64,000 nt of DNA from Mobula hypostoma. Its lineage: Eukaryota. Below the pieces are notes generated by a model. It saw only the letters and a list, made by a program, of their open reading frames with translations. It did no database searches and was not told the DNA's origin. Below are positions 38,840-52,240 of the stretch, piece by piece. A program made the translations under genes and the position numbers. How positions within the stretch are numbered: position 1 is the stretch's first letter; every line of letters starts with the position of its first letter. The DNA lies in assembly GCF_963921235.1 (NCBI RefSeq), contig NC_086097.1, positions 34,040,001 through 34,104,000 on the forward strand, in the 5' to 3' direction.

Positions 38840-39165
38840 TTAGACCATAAGATAAGGGAGCAGAATTAGGCCATTTGGCCCATCGAGTCTGCTTCGCCAT
38901 TTCATCATGGCTGATCCAATTTTCCTCTCAGCCCCAATCTTCTGCCTTCTCCCCATATCTCTTCATGCCCTGACTAATCAAGAATCTATCAACCTCTACC
39001 ATAAATATACCTAAAGACTTGGCCTCCACAGCTGCCTGTGGCAACAAATTCCACATATTCACCACTCTCTGGCTAAAGATATTCCTCCTCACCTCTGTTC
39101 TAAGAGGATGCCCCTCTATTCTGAGGCTGTGTCCTCCGGTCTCAGACTCTCCCACCATAGGAAAT
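38840..39165 (-). mobile_element. CR1 3' end
   Basis: IFPMVGESETGGHSLRIEG..RRNIFSQRVVNMWNLLP; tail as at 25120. Confidence 0.85.
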
Positions 39166-40305
39166 ATTAAAAATAATATTAATATTATTTTTAACAACTT
39201 TTGCAATGTGCCCAAGTGCTTGTCTATGTTAAGCCGTCAGAGACAACTTCTAGTAACATTGCAGGGAAGAGATTTATTCTTAAGCATTTACTGAAGATGA
39301 GTTGCTCTTTCTTGTGGTTGAACATCAACTGATTTCCAAAGAACTATATAATTATAGATGCTTAGCTCCTATCCATTCCTGTATGTGCCACCTTCACGTT
39401 CTCCTTTTTACCCATGAGCTTGTCCACTTGAGGGGCAATAATGTCATGATGGCAAGCAATGGGGTTGTGCCAAGAGTTCCAGCAGTGACATTCGGTATCG
39501 CTGTCTCTCTTGGAGGTACAACACCTGGAGTTGACTCAGAGTCTTTGTACTCCTATTGTATTGTCATTCTTGCCCATCCCTGCACTTGAGCAGAGGATTT
39601 GGGCAGCATCAGCTGGCATCCATCGGAAATATCCTGCTGAGGCTGTTACTGCATGAAACTATAAGATTCTATCCACACAGGTACACGTGGAACTTTCTCA
39701 CTCCAACTTTGATGGCTAAGTTTTCTGGTTGTGAGGATAATGAAAAAGCAACCTTGATCCTAAACCATTTAATTACTCATCTTAATCCTCCACAAGATGA
39801 CAAAACTATACCAAAAACAATACCTTATGGGGCAGCAGTAATGGGATTATAATGAACAAGACCCGTGAATTTAAGCAACAATTCTTTTTGGCCATCTGTG
39901 CACAGTTGCTTATTTCTTCTTTTACCATTTTCCACTTAGCTTGTGATCCAGCAACTCACTGAAGACCAGCAGACATAGAAGTAGAACTAGGTCATTTGGC
40001 CATTGAGTCCGTCCTGCTATCCCATCATGGTTGATATACTTTCCTTCTCAACCCCATTCTCCTGCAGAGGTCCAAACTCAGCTATAGCGATCCATGGTTG
40101 TTGACATGTGCTATGTAGACCTTTAGCTCCACCAGATGTACACTAAACCACTTGAAACTTGTCCTCGGCAGGGCAGAGTCCTTTATTGACTAACAGCCAA
40201 GAGGGAACATGCCAGGTAGTGTGTACATGTCCTCCTGATCTCAGTTTTGCAATTTATATATTCTTGTCTTTATATTCTCACTTTCCAACTGCACTCATTC
40301 ACTTA

Positions 40306-40624
40306 AATAATAAATAAAGGCATCCGTTAGTCTTGCGAGACCATGGACCTGTGCCTGGAAAGTCTTCACTCTCCAGGGCGCAGGCCTGGGCAAGGTTGTA
40401 TGGAAGACCAGTTGCCCATGCTGCAAGTCCCCCCTCTCCACAACACCAATGTTGTCCAAGGGAAGGGCATTAGGACCCATACAGCTTGGCACCAGTGTCG
40501 TCACAGAGCAATGTGTGATTAAGTGCCTTGCTCAAGGACACAACACGTTGCCTCGGCTGGGGCTCAAACTCACGACCTTCAGGTCGCTAGTCCAATGCCT
40601 TAACCACTTGGCCACGTGCCCACA
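40306..40624 (-). mobile_element. tRNA-derived SINE with RTE-related body and tail (copy 2)
   Basis: A box TGGCCAAGTGG and a B-box-like GAGTTTGAGCC; short AT-rich tail; TSD tcattcactta (40295-40305 and 40629-40639). Confidence 0.88.
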
Positions 40625-40779
40625 TCATTCATTCACTTATTAACCAGAAAACATCATTTACAGTTTATTGCCATAGTTACCCCATTTTCCTGTCAAGGAC
40701 ATCTGCTCTCACACACTTCCTGCAGCTTAACAAGCTTCTTTTCTCTCTTTCCCCATTCTGACAAGGGTCTTCGATGAGG

Positions 40780-41190
40780 TTAGGCTGCATTTAAAGTATT
40801 GAGTGCATCTCCCGGTCACCCCGTTATAGGAAGGATGTGGAGGCGCTGGAAAGTGTGCAGAAGTGGTTTGCCAGGATGCTGCCAGTATTAGCTGGTATGA
40901 GGTTGAACAAATTTGGGCTGCTTTATTCCTTCTACCAAAGTGCATGACTGTGCACTTCCCTACACTATAATGCATCTGCTTCTTCTTTGCTCGATCTGTC
41001 TAAGTCCTTCTGCAGACACTCTGTTTCCTCAACACTACCTACCCCTCCACCTATCTTTGTATTCGTTTGCAAACATGGCCAAAAAGCCATCAATTTCTTC
41101 AACCAAATCATTGCCGCATGACGTGAAAGGAACACCGACCCCTGAGACACACCATTAGTCTGCAGCGGCCATTCAGAAAAGCCCCTCTCA
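40780..41190. mobile_element. Two small CR1 fragments in opposite orientations
   Basis: Plus strand gttataggaaggatgtggaggcgctggaaagtgtgcag (40780-40915); minus strand TKIGGGVGSVEETECLQKDLDR (40920-41190). Confidence 0.7.
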
Positions 41191-41889
41191 TCAACTATGA
41201 GAAAGCATGACTCTGTACAGATGCCATGTGAAATTGGATTGCCACATCATGAGGTAACTTAATGGAGACCAGTTATACTCACACACATCTGTACTTCTCT
41301 TAAGGAGAAAAATCAATAACCAGGGCGAAAGAAAGTTATTTATTATTTCATGCACATTTATTTCCTAAAGTTAATTGATGGGGATATTTCATGATTATGG
41401 CTTAACACCAATTAACATGCTGGCCATAACTGCTGCCTCGTCTTCTCCAGAGACCTTGAAGGGGTTCTATTAACTGCTGAGGATCTCTGAAAATCTCTTG
41501 TCCTTCCCTGTGGTTTTAGTTTCTGATTCAAATCGCGTCTATTAATTTTATTGAGGAATGGAACATTGGTAAATGCAGTGAATTCATTATTACTTATGTC
41601 AGGTAGTATAACAATCCCTATAACTTTCTAAATCAAAGGCTTACTTCAGAAACTCACATATACTGTATTTTAATATGATACTTTATAACAGTATTTTTAA
41701 TTTTCTTCCTGTATCACTCTCTACCCCAATTATCTTTCCGCCCTTTCATTTCCCACCTAAAAACTCCTCTTGGGAATGTCACTCAAAACCAGCTTATCTG
41801 TATTGCTGCCTCACCATCACTTATTTTGGCCTCTTCACTACATGATATCGTCAAGAGCTTGTCCAGAACCCAGTCCTTGAAGGTTCGGG

Positions 41890-42705
41890 ACTTTGAATGG
41901 TGCCACAACAACAATCTCTCACTCAAAACCGAAGGGGGGAAGAAAGCAGGGTTCATGAGTCAGGCCTCATTAGGGGATCAGAGGAGGAGAGGGTCAGTAG
42001 TGTTATCATATCAGAGGACCAACGCATAAGTGCCACTTAAAAGAAGATATGACAGGGCCTCTACTTTGTTAGAAGTTTACACAGATTCGGCATGTCAAGT
42101 AAAACGATGACAAACTCCTATAGATGCACAGCGGAGAGCATCCTGACTGGATGCATCAATGCCTGGTATGGAAACACCGATGCCCAAAAATGGGTAAGCC
42201 TATAAAGAGTGGCGGATAGAGCCCAGTCCATCACAGGAAACGTCTTCCTCACCGTTGAGCACATTGACAAAGAGCACTTCCACAACAGAGCAGCATCCAT
42301 CATCAAGGACCCCCACCATCCAGGCCAGGCACTTTTCTCACTGTTACCATCGGAAAAGAGGTACAGGAGCCTAAGGTCCCACACCACCAGATTCATGAGC
42401 GATTCTCACCTTTCAACCATCAGGTTCCTGAACCCGCGTGGATAACTTCACTCACTTCAAAACTGAGTTAATTCCACAACCTAACTGTTAAGGACTCTAC
42501 AACTCACATTCTCAGCATTTATTTATTTATAGTTTTTACACAGCTTGTTTTCCTTTGTACATTGGTTGTTTGTCAGTCTCTGTCTGTAGTTTTTCATTGA
42601 TTCTATTGTACTTACTGTGAGTGCCTGCAAGGAAATGAATCTCGGGGCAGTATATGGTGACATATATACGTATACTTAGATAACCCCCATTTATTTTGAA
42701 CTTTG
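41890..42705 (+). mobile_element. Rex1/Babar 3' fragment
   Basis: AQSITG...AASIIKDPHHPGQALFSLLPSEKRYRSLRSHTTRF and the family UTR. Confidence 0.85.
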
Positions 42706-42709
42706 AGCT

Positions 42710-43140
42710 TTCTCCTCCAGCAAAGTATTGAAAAGTAAGGCACAAGTCATCACCTTTATCCTTGCCACAAGCTTCATCCTTGGTCATCAGCTCTACTCCT
42801 TTACCCGACAACAGTGTGAAACCGAACCAAACCATGCTGTACTTGAGCCAGCAGTGGTCTTCAGACCACAGACCCGCATTGTCATTAAGGCCACCTACTT
42901 TCACCCACCTTTTCCACTGTCTCAGTCTACTTGCAGCTGAAATTTTCATCCCTGATTATTATCTTTAACTTTGACCTCTCAATGACCCCTCTCATTTTCC
43001 TTCTGAACTTTCAGCAAGCCCTCTAGTATCCTCATGTGGCTGGATGCCAAATTTTGTTTGGTTATGGTCCTGCGAAGCACTTTGAGAAATCCTATAAATA
43101 TTAAAAGGCACTATGTAAATGCAGAACGTTATTGTTTTAT
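42710..43140 (+). mobile_element. Ancient L2-like 3' remnant
   Basis: Tail gaagcactttgaga...aaaggcactatgtaaatgca resembles the L2-type 3' end. Confidence 0.45.
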
Positions 43141-43224
43141 TCTCCGCTGACCAATAGTTGTTCAAACCCAGATTGGACCATAAACCCTGAATCGCATGAC
43201 CCAAATCCCATTCCGGGGAGTCAG

Positions 43225-43435
43225 AGTCATACTGTACAGAAAAGTCACCACCAGTCTAGCATTATGCACCAATTTAATCCCATTTACCGCAGTAGAACAG
43301 CGTGTATGGCTTTGGGGTGTGGGAGGAAGCTCACGTGACCTCAGGGAGAAAGAACAGACTCCAGCGTAAGTCAGAACCTGTTCAGTGGTGTTGTGAGGCA
43401 GTAACTCTGCTGGTCGCAACACCACACTGCTCCCA
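43225..43435 (-). mobile_element. Degenerate V-SINE
   Basis: ctttggggtgtgggaggaag...cagggagaaagaacagactcc is a reverse V-domain. Confidence 0.55.
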
Positions 43436-43699
43436 CACAATGCAATTGGTGATTTGCCCATCATCTTAGAAGATGGAAAGACATACACCACCTCACAGTA
43501 TATGGAATTAATTCCATGTTCAGATATATTTACAGATATAAATACATGCTGATAAGAAAGATCCAATTAATATGTAAACAGTAAAATAAGAATCATACTC
43601 TTTATAGTCATCACAGTATTTCTGGAATAATAATTAACAGATTTTTTACAGTATTTCCCTAAAGATTAATTAGAAGACAGTCGACTAAGAATGCAACTA

Positions 43700-44115
43700 A
43701 GTCACCTCACTACAGGAAGGATGTGGATACTACAGAGAGAGTGCAGAAGAGACTTACGAGGATGTTGCCTGGATTGGAGAGCGTGCCAAATGAGAATAGG
43801 TTGAGTGAACTTGGCCTTTTCTCCTTGGAGCGACGAAGGATGAGAGGTGACCTGATCAAGGTGCATAAGATGATGAGGGGCATTGATCGTGTGGATAGTC
43901 AGAGGCTTTTTCCCAGGGCTGAGATGACTAACACGAGGGGGCATAGTTTTAAGGTGCTTGGAAGTAGGTACAAGAGAGATGTCAGGGTTAAGTTTTTTTA
44001 CACAGAGAGTGATGGGCACGTGGAATGCACTGCCAGTTTCTAGAGTGGGTTACATGATCAGCACAACACTGTGAGCTAAAGAGCCTGTAATGTGCTGTAC
44101 ACTTCTGTGTTCTGA
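43700..44115 (+). mobile_element. CR1 3' fragment with internal deletion
   Basis: ERVQKRLTRMLPGL...LERRRMRGDLIKV...TRGHSFKV. Confidence 0.88.
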
Positions 44116-44555
44116 GAAAGGATCCCAGGATCTTAAGCAAATTTTGATGTAAGAATGCTCATGTTTAAATACTTCTCAATAAACAATCTCTGCTCAAACA
44201 AATATCACAGCAAATAATAGGTTAAGAAAATGAGTGACCTTTCATGGCGTCTTCACCTTTTCAGTTCTCCAACTTAATAGTGGAGAAAATAACATTTTGA
44301 GGGAGTAAGTGCCTGGAGGAATTAATATAAAATAAAAATATTGACAGATCCTCTGGTCAGAAACACCCGGTATTGAATATAACTCAAAACGAAGAGTATA
44401 GGACAGAAAACTAATTTAGGATTGGCATTCTGTCATGTCTTCAAGTCAAATCTGATTGTAAGATTTGCTGCCTATATCAGTGAAAAACCAAGTTTGCCGT
44501 GGAGCACATGGATCCACAGCACTAATGACAAAAGCAGCTTCTTCCTTCACAGAAA

Positions 44556-45120
44556 TACCCTCAGTGGCCACTCTACTAGGTACACCTGTACACCTGCTTA
44601 TTCATGCAACTATCTAATCAGCCGATCACGTGGCAGCAACTCAGTGCATTAACACATACAGACGTGGTCAAGAGGTTCAGTTGTTGTTCAGACCAAACAT
44701 CGGAACGGGTGAGAAATGTGATCTAAGTGACTCTGACGATGGAATGATTGTTGGTGCCACATGTGGTGGCTTCAGTATCTCAGAAACTGCTGATCTCCTG
44801 CAATTTTCATGCACAAGTCTCTTGAGTTGACAGAGAATGGTGCGAAAAAACAAAAAGAAACATTCGGTGAGCAGCAGTTTTGTGGGTGAAAACACCTTGT
44901 TAATGAGAGGGATCAGAGGAGATTGGCTGGACTGGCTCAGGCTGACAGGAAGGTGACAGTGACTCAAATAACCACACATTACAACATGGTGTGCGGAAGA
45001 GCATCTCTGAACGCACACCATGGTGAACCTTGAAGTGAATGGGCTACAGGAGCAGAACACACACTCAGTGGCTTCGTTATTAGATACAGGAGGTACATAA
45101 TAAACTGTCCATTAATTGTA
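44556..45120 (+). mobile_element. Tc1/mariner internally deleted element
   Basis: Begins ta-ccctcagtggccactctactaggtaca and ends gtacataataaactgtccattaattg-ta. Contains the transposase N-terminal HTH remnant KCDLSDSDDGMIVGA..GGFSISETADLLQFS. Confidence 0.85.
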
Positions 45121-45334
45121 CCTAATACCAGCAATAGTGTTGCAGAATGTTGCCAGAAATTATATCAGACTATCAGGAATATATCGTACAGGATTCCTAA
45201 CCAATAGCTGCAAGACCTGATCTAGCGAAGGCGGATGTTTCCGCCAGACCTGGCTTTCCATTAGGAACATGAAGTCTGTGGTCAAGGATTGAAGAAGTTA
45301 AAGGAAATTTTTCATGTTCTTTTCTGAATGGCCC

Positions 45335-45626
45335 AATGGCTACCAGTGAAGTATTGTAAAGTAGGAATCAGATACAAAAATAGCAATAATATAAATACTG
45401 GATGATCTGTTTCGTAAATGTTGATTGAGGGATAACTGTTGTTCTGGATACCAAGAGAAGCTCCCCTGCCATGGTGTCTTTGACATCTAGCCAAGGATGC
45501 AGATAATTTTGTAATGTTCACTAAAAACATCGACACCAGCAGACCAGCGTTCCCACTGGAACACCATCCCAGACTAACCCCAAAAGCTTCTGATCCATAG
45601 TCAAGACTGCTACTCACTGAGCCACA
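45335..45626 (-). mobile_element. Ancient Deu-domain SINE remnant (SacSINE1/AmnSINE1-like)
   Basis: tRNA-like head gtggctcagtgagtagcagtcttg on the minus strand; gttgattgagggataa...gagaagctcccctgccatgg resembles the reverse Deu domain as recalled. Confidence 0.55.
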
Positions 45627-47259
45627 ACTAACACAGCAAATGGAAAAGGAACTGAAGATAAGTCTGTCAAAACAATGAAATGACCCTCACTTCCAGAGTT
45701 CGATGATAATAATGACAGGTACATTTTACAAGTGTCATCACCATTTGATCTGACGCTTGTTGAATGTGTTTTTGCAGATGTCTCCTTCACCTTCTGAGAC
45801 AGTCTCTTGGAATCCACTCCATTGCTATGGTTTTTAAGCTGAGTGATGAGACCAAAGTGGGAACCACAGATTCTGCTCAGCTGGGGCAGGGCAGGTAAGT
45901 GGGTAGGTTGTGAGGTGGTGCACTTCTCCTGCCCCTTCTGTGTGCTTCCAGTGCACAGGCTTGAGATCCTCCCTGGCAGCCTGGCTGCTCTTTCTGCACT
46001 GCGAGCGCTCTCAGCCAGCGAGATTGCAATATTTCAAGAAGGTTTTGAGAGTACCCTTTAATAATTTCCCCTCTGTTAATTTCTTCCAACGACAAGAGTT
46101 CAGAATAGTGTGTCTGCTTTGGGAGTGTGGTGGAGGGCATAATCACTCAATGCATTTGAGTGACCTGTAGTACACTTTAGTGTAAGCACCAACCCGTCTT
46201 AAACAAGCATAACAGAGGGTGGCCTGGGGACTTATAAAGATTTTGCCTTCAGCAATTTCTCCGCTTACCTGCAGTGAGACCACAAATGTATTTTTTATCT
46301 AGTCAGTATTTCTGCCAAAACTGTAGAAATAATGACTGCTAGGTTCCTGTATAGACTCACCAATATAGTTAGCAGACGATCAGTTCTTCAATCAGCTGAC
46401 CTGCCAGTGTCTTGGACTCATTACTCTAGCAGCTGGGAAAGCGGAGAGAAAACTGGAAGGCACTGACACATCAACCAGCAGTCATTATGAGACAGAAAAT
46501 GTGCCAAGCCAGACTTAATGAGAGGTGCACTGACTCCATGTAATAAATGCACACCTGCTTGTATTTCAAACCCTTTTATGCATGTGCTTTCTTTTAAGGA
46601 GAGAACAAACATAAACCTGTGTTGTAGATGTTGAACACCTGAAATGCACGCGACATTTTATTTTGTATGTAACACTGTGGAAATTTCTACCATTAAATAA
46701 GAATCATTGTGCTGGGATCTGAAAATCAATATGAACATTCCTGTTGCAATTTCTCGGTACAAAATTGCCCTGAGTAAAGAACAATAATTTGCACCTGAAG
46801 ATAAGATGTCCAGATGGAATGAGCTATTTTTCAGACATTTTAGGGAGCTACCTAAAATAGAACCGAACACTTTCCCCGAAAGGGCAGGTAAATGAGATAC
46901 GCAATGCTTATTTTATGTGCTTTTGCGGAATGGGCAGCAGGACACAGAAGAAAAGGCAACTTTGATTAAACAGAAACAATTCTGTGCTTCCAGCAGAATC
47001 AAGATTCTAGATCACAATTTCACCCAATTTCCCCAGTGTCTATACCAAATCACTCTCCCAAAAGTACCAACTGATCAGGGCTGTGTTCAACACCTGCCAC
47101 ACAGGATTAGATTTGTCGACTCTTTAAAAGAAAGTGCATGCATGAAGGGGTCTGGAATACAAGCAGGTGGATGTAAGGAAAATGAAGGGTTCACTTTTCC
47201 ATTGGCAGTTGATTTCTCTCATCCGTTTATATAGAGGGCTGCTACACTCGCAGAGGACC

Positions 47260-47420
47260 GGCGGGTGCTGTAGTGGCATCAGCACTGGACTTCGAGGCAG
47301 AAGGTCCTGAGTTCGAATCTGACCGGGTCCCAACCTGGGCAGCAGCAGTATCTGCATGGAAGAAAGGTCTGGCAATTTACTTCTGTATCTCGCCACGGAA
47401 ACAGCATGGACAACTCAACA
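47260..47420 (+). mobile_element. Short tRNA-derived SINE
   Basis: A-box-like gtgctgtagtgg and B box gagttcgaatc, followed by ggaagaaaggtctggcaatttacttc, resembling an RTE-type tail. Confidence 0.55.
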
Positions 47421-48167
47421 CCAACACACTTGCAGAAGCCGGCAGACTCCCAGCAGGTGAAAACTGTCAGTTCATCCTGCCCTGCCAGTTACTATGAAGA
47501 CTCTATGAAGAATACGTTACAGATGATGTTAGCAGTGTTACATTAGGCCATGCTGTGTCCTGTCCTACCCTGCTGAAAATCAGGACATCTCTCAGGATAC
47601 ACAGGTGAATCACAGTTTTAATGTCAGTGCCAGGGCAGATCCGTTCCTTTAAATAGCTTTCTGTGTAAAGTTGAAATAAACCTCATTACTCATAATTAAA
47701 TCCTTGAATATAAATATTCCCAGCGAAAGTGATTCCAGAATGACTTTGACACTATTTAACTACTGTATCAGTTCCTTGAGGTGACTATGAAATAAGTAGA
47801 AGTTGGCCATTTGTCCCCTCATACTGAGTCAGATATTCGAAAAGCTCAAGGCTGGTCTCCACCTCAGAACGACTTTCCTGCATTAACCCAATATCCTACG
47901 ATTACCTTAAGAACTAAAAAGTTATTGATTGCTATAAGTTTCCTCGAGAACAAATTTGTGGCAGACCTCTGTATATATGTGAATCATGTCAAATAATAGT
48001 TATTTTCCAGGAATAAAATGGTGTACATATACCCAGCCATACCTCCTACCAAAAGCTCCTTTTCTGGAAACAGTTTCACGCCCAGAGGTCAAACAACATG
48101 CTTAAAAAGGGTAATAGAATGTTTTAGTTTATTGATAGAGGAACTGAAAACAAAAGAAGTGAGGTTA

Positions 48168-48545
48168 TAAACAGGAGACATTCTGCAGATGCTAGAAATC
48201 CAAAGCAACATGCACAAAATGCCGGAGGAGTTCAGCAGGTCAGGCAACAGTTATGGAAATGAACAAGCAGTTGACGTTTTGGACTGAGACCCTTCATCAG
48301 GACTGAGAAGGAAGGGGGCAGATGCCAGAATAAAAAGGTGGGGTGAGGGGAAGGAGGCTAGGTGGAAGGTGATAGGTGAAGCCAGGTGGATGGGAAAGGT
48401 CAAGGGCTGGAGAAGGAATCTGATAGGAGAGAAGAGTGAACAATAGGAGAGAGGGAAGGAGGAGGGGACCCAAGAGGAAGTAATAGGCAGGTGAGAGGAG
48501 GTAAAAGCTAGCGCGGGGAATAGAGGTGGGGGGAGGAGAATATTG
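48168..48545 (-). mobile_element. Penelope-like 3' UTR and pLTR
   Basis: Hammerhead variant cagtcCTGATGAagggtctcagtccAAAAcgTCaactg (48268-48305) plus purine-rich UTR on the plus strand. Confidence 0.8.
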
Positions 48546-48689
48546 GTACTCCAGAAGCTTATCTAGATCAGTCATATAAATACTACTGCTACGACAACAG
48601 GTTCGTGGTTGCATATCCTTAGGCAAGTGACTTGCTTCATGTTAGCTCAAAGCCTTTTCACCATCCACAAGACAAATCAGGAGTGTATT

Positions 48690-49150
48690 GGTGTTGGTTT
48701 ATTGTTGTCACACGTACCAAGACAGACTGAAAAGCTTGGCTTGCATACTGTTTATACAGATCAAATCATTACACAGTGCATTGAGCTTGAATGCGGTAAA
48801 ACAATAACAATGCAGAATAAAACGTAAAAGCTACCAATAAAATGGAGCGCTGGTAACTGATAAAGGGCAAGATCAAAACGACCATCTTATCGTACAAGCG
48901 ATCTGTTCACGGTCTGGTAACAGTGGGATAGAAGCTATCCTTGAGCCTGGGGGTATGTGCTTTCAGATTGCCTGATGGGAGAGGGGAGAAGAGAGTCTGT
49001 CTGGGCTGAGTGGGATCTTTGGTTACACTGGCTGCTTTACAGAAAAGTATAGTCAGAGTCCATCGATGGGAGGCTGGTCCCAGTGCTGTGCTGAGCTGTG
49101 TCCACAACATAATATAGTTTCCTTCAGTCACGTGCAGAGCAGTTGCCATA
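48690..49150 (-). mobile_element. Old Rex1/Babar 3' fragment
   Basis: KAASVTKDPTQPRQTLFSPLPSG..RLKDSFYP. Confidence 0.7.
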
Positions 49151-49199
49151 TTATGTATCCAAACTGACAATAAGTACACTGTAATTGCATAAACTGAAT

Positions 49200-49680
49200 A
49201 AATAAGATATTGCTCTCCTCATTTAAGAAAGAATGCTAATACTCTGACAGCAATTCAGAGGAGCTTTATTGGACTAATATTCAAAAATGGACAGATTATT
49301 TCATGAGAAAATGTTGGAGAAGCTAAGGTTGATCCATTGGAGTTTGGAAAAGCTGGAGAGAAGTTGATAGTGTGAATATGAAGAGGATGTTGCCTTTCAT
49401 GGGAGAATATAGAACTACGACCCGTGGTTTACAAATAAGGGTCGCCCACTCATGACCGAGATGAAGCAAAATTTTTGATCTGAGGCTTGTGCATCTTTGG
49501 AGTTCTGTTCTTCAAAGAGTAAACATTTTAAGGAAGAGCTAGAGATATTTTTGATAAGCAAAGGCATGAAAGGTTACCAAGAATACGCAGGAGCTTTGTG
49601 TTGAGGTTACAATTAGATTCCCTATGATCTTATATAACGGCAGAGCAAGTTCAAAGGGCCAGGTGGACCACTCCTGATCA
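49200..49680 (+). mobile_element. Old CR1 3' fragment
   Basis: gcaattcagaggagcttta...aggatgttgcctttcatgggagaa...aagggccaggtggaccactcctg. Confidence 0.6.
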
Positions 49681-50454
49681 GAACCAGAATCAGAATCAGG
49701 TTGAACATCTCTGGCATATGCCAATTGTAATACATAATTAAAAAACTGTGAATTACAGTAAGTATATAGTTAAATTTTAAAAATTGCAAAAAAGTAGTGA
49801 ATCTTGTTCCATATCATGGCATGTTTTGTTTTTCCTCATTTATTAATCATTAGCTTCATTTCTGTCCATGAGCCTAAAAACTTATTTCGGCTGGATTATG
49901 GGATTATATGGATCAAATTACCATTTTGCCATAAATCCATCCCTCTTACTGTTAATTATCCAGGAAGCTACAAACTGTCGTTGCAGGCTTACCTCATACC
50001 TAAGTGTTTCAAACAGTTTTTGAAGAACTTCAATGATCAGTATGGTATCATTTGGATGTCCAGTAGCAGCCTTTCCTTTGCTTGGAGTGAACAGTTTAAA
50101 TATGAGCTCCAAACAGTCAAGCAAATTATTCCTGTTTACAACACTGGAGAAATTTTGTGTGCATTGCAGGTGACGATTGGATTGCGTTATGAAAGGTCTT
50201 GCATGGAAGCTGCAGAAACCAGGCCATATTGGAAGAGGGCCGGTGTATGGATTGCTAACACCTGCTGCAATTGTGACTGTGACATTGATTAGTATGCAAT
50301 ACTGGTCCGACTCCAAAGCTGTTACCTGAAGGAAATCACGGCAGCTGCCTTCTTTTCAAACAGCTTGTATCTACACTAGTTAATCAGTTAATGATATTTC
50401 ATGTTGTATATCAGTGACACCAGTGCCAATACTGGGGAAGATGATCAGTGTGAA

Positions 50455-50915
50455 GGTACTGCAAATTTATGAGTATGTTGCTGGGACATGGGGACCTGGG
50501 TTATAGGGAAAGGTTGAATACGTTAGGACATTATTCCCTGGAGTGTAGGAGGATGAGAACAAAATTATGAGGTGTATAGACAGGGCAAATGGAAGCACGC
50601 TTTTTCCACTGAGGTTTGGTGAGACTAGAGCTAGAGGTCATGGATTAAGGGTGAAAGGTGAAATGTTTAAGGGGAACATGAGGTGTAACTTCTCTCAGAG
50701 GGTGGTGAGTGTGGAACAAGCTGTCAGCAGAAGTGGTGGATGTGGGTTTGATTTCAACATTTTGGAGAGATTTGGATAAGTAAATGGATGGGAGGGGTAC
50801 GGAGGGCTATCGTACAGGTGCAGTAAAATGGGAATGAAGAGAATAATAGTTTGGCATGGACTAGATGGGCTGAAGGGCTTGTTTCTGTGCTGTTGTGCTC
50901 TATAGCCCTACGATA
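50455..50915 (+). mobile_element. CR1 3' fragment
   Basis: LFPLRFGETRARGHGLRVKGEMFKGNMR; tail gtttctgtgctgttgtgctctat. Confidence 0.8.
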
Positions 50916-51461
50916 CTATTTGCCTGCCTTCCAGTGAATTTGGAGCATTTTTTGAAGCCCTGGTTACATTCTGTTGGATATCTTGATTGGGCAACATGGT
51001 TCATAATCTCACATCGGACTCCTGAAGGGGGCTCTATTCCAATTACCAGGTGAACCAAGGAAAGGACTGAGAGTTGTGTTTAAAGCCAAATGTAATGTCC
51101 ACAACATCTTTAGAAATCTCAAGTCCATAATTGCTCAACATGAGAAATGAGTATTCTGGATTGCATTAGGAATGTGAAGTCCATGCATCAGGAGTGTATA
51201 GAGGCCGTGCATAAGGAACAAAGGGAGTGGACAACCTCACAGGTACCCACACATCTTCTGCATCCTTTGTGGAAGAGCCTGCATTTCCTACATCGATGCA
51301 AAGAATTCAAAGTAAATTTATTATCAAGTATATGTCACCATATACAACCCTGAGATTCATTTTCTTGTGGGCATTCACAGTAGAACACGAAATTGTGATA
51401 GAAGCGATGAAAAACTACACACAAAGACTAACAACCAATATGTAAATTGTGCAGACACACA

Positions 51462-51507
51462 TAATAATAATGATGACGATGATGATGATAATAATAATAA
51501 TAAATAA
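51462..51507 (+). repeat. Compound (AAT)/(GAT) microsatellite
   Basis: ataataataatgatgacgatgatgatgataataataataataaataa. Confidence 0.9.
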
Positions 51508-51699
51508 CCCTTATTGGCCACCTCAAAACCCAAAATGCCAGAGTGAAGTCAGCTGTCCTCAATCCTGAGGAACTACTAAAAAGTCACTGACAATCTACTT
51601 GCTAAATAATAAATGGCCTAATTCTGCTCCTATTTTACGGTTTTATGGTCTTAGACCTATGGTCTTAGGCCATATGTTGGACATGCAAATGGAGGGTCT

Positions 51700-52240
51700 A
51701 AAAGTCATTGGGTTATACAGCATAAAAATGGGCCCATGAACATATAAGATTTTGCTGATGCTGGAAATTCTGAGTAACACACAGAAAGCTCTGGTGGAGC
51801 TCAGCAGGTCAAACTGCATCTATGGAGAGGAATTAAGAGTCGACATTTCGCACCAAGACTAAAATGGGCCTTTGGGCTCAAGGTATCCACAGCAACCAAT
51901 GTGCCAGCCTGAGCTAGTCCCATTTACCTGCATTTGGCTCATATTCCTCTACCTGCCTTTATCACATCCTCTAGAAGCGTGTTTCATATACCCACCACAC
52001 TCTGTGTGAAAAAACTCACTCCTCAGTTTTCATTTAAATCTTTCCCTGATCACCTTAAACTTTTACCCTTTAACTTCAGACTCCCTTATCCAAGGCAAAA
52101 AGACTCTGACCTTGGTGATTTTATAAATCCCTGTAAGGTCACCCTTTAGCCTCCTTCTTTAGTCAGAAAACAACCGCAGCCGATTCAGTCACTCCTTACA
52201 ACCCAAATCCTCCAGTCCTAGCAACATCCTTGTGAATGTT
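51700..52240 (-). mobile_element. CR1 3' fragment interrupted by a Penelope pLTR piece (about 51738-51860)
   Basis: CR1 tail broken by gatgctggaaattc...ctcagcaggtc...gtcgacatttcg; aaaatgggcc occurs on both sides of the insert. Confidence 0.65.

Noticed and set aside
49804..50316. Overlapping 162-aa (+) and 132-aa (-) ORFs in apparently unique DNA, with YGIIW occurring twice
   Set aside because: No recognisable domain or convincing exon structure; compatible with chance. A BLASTP hit or coding-type conservation would reopen it.
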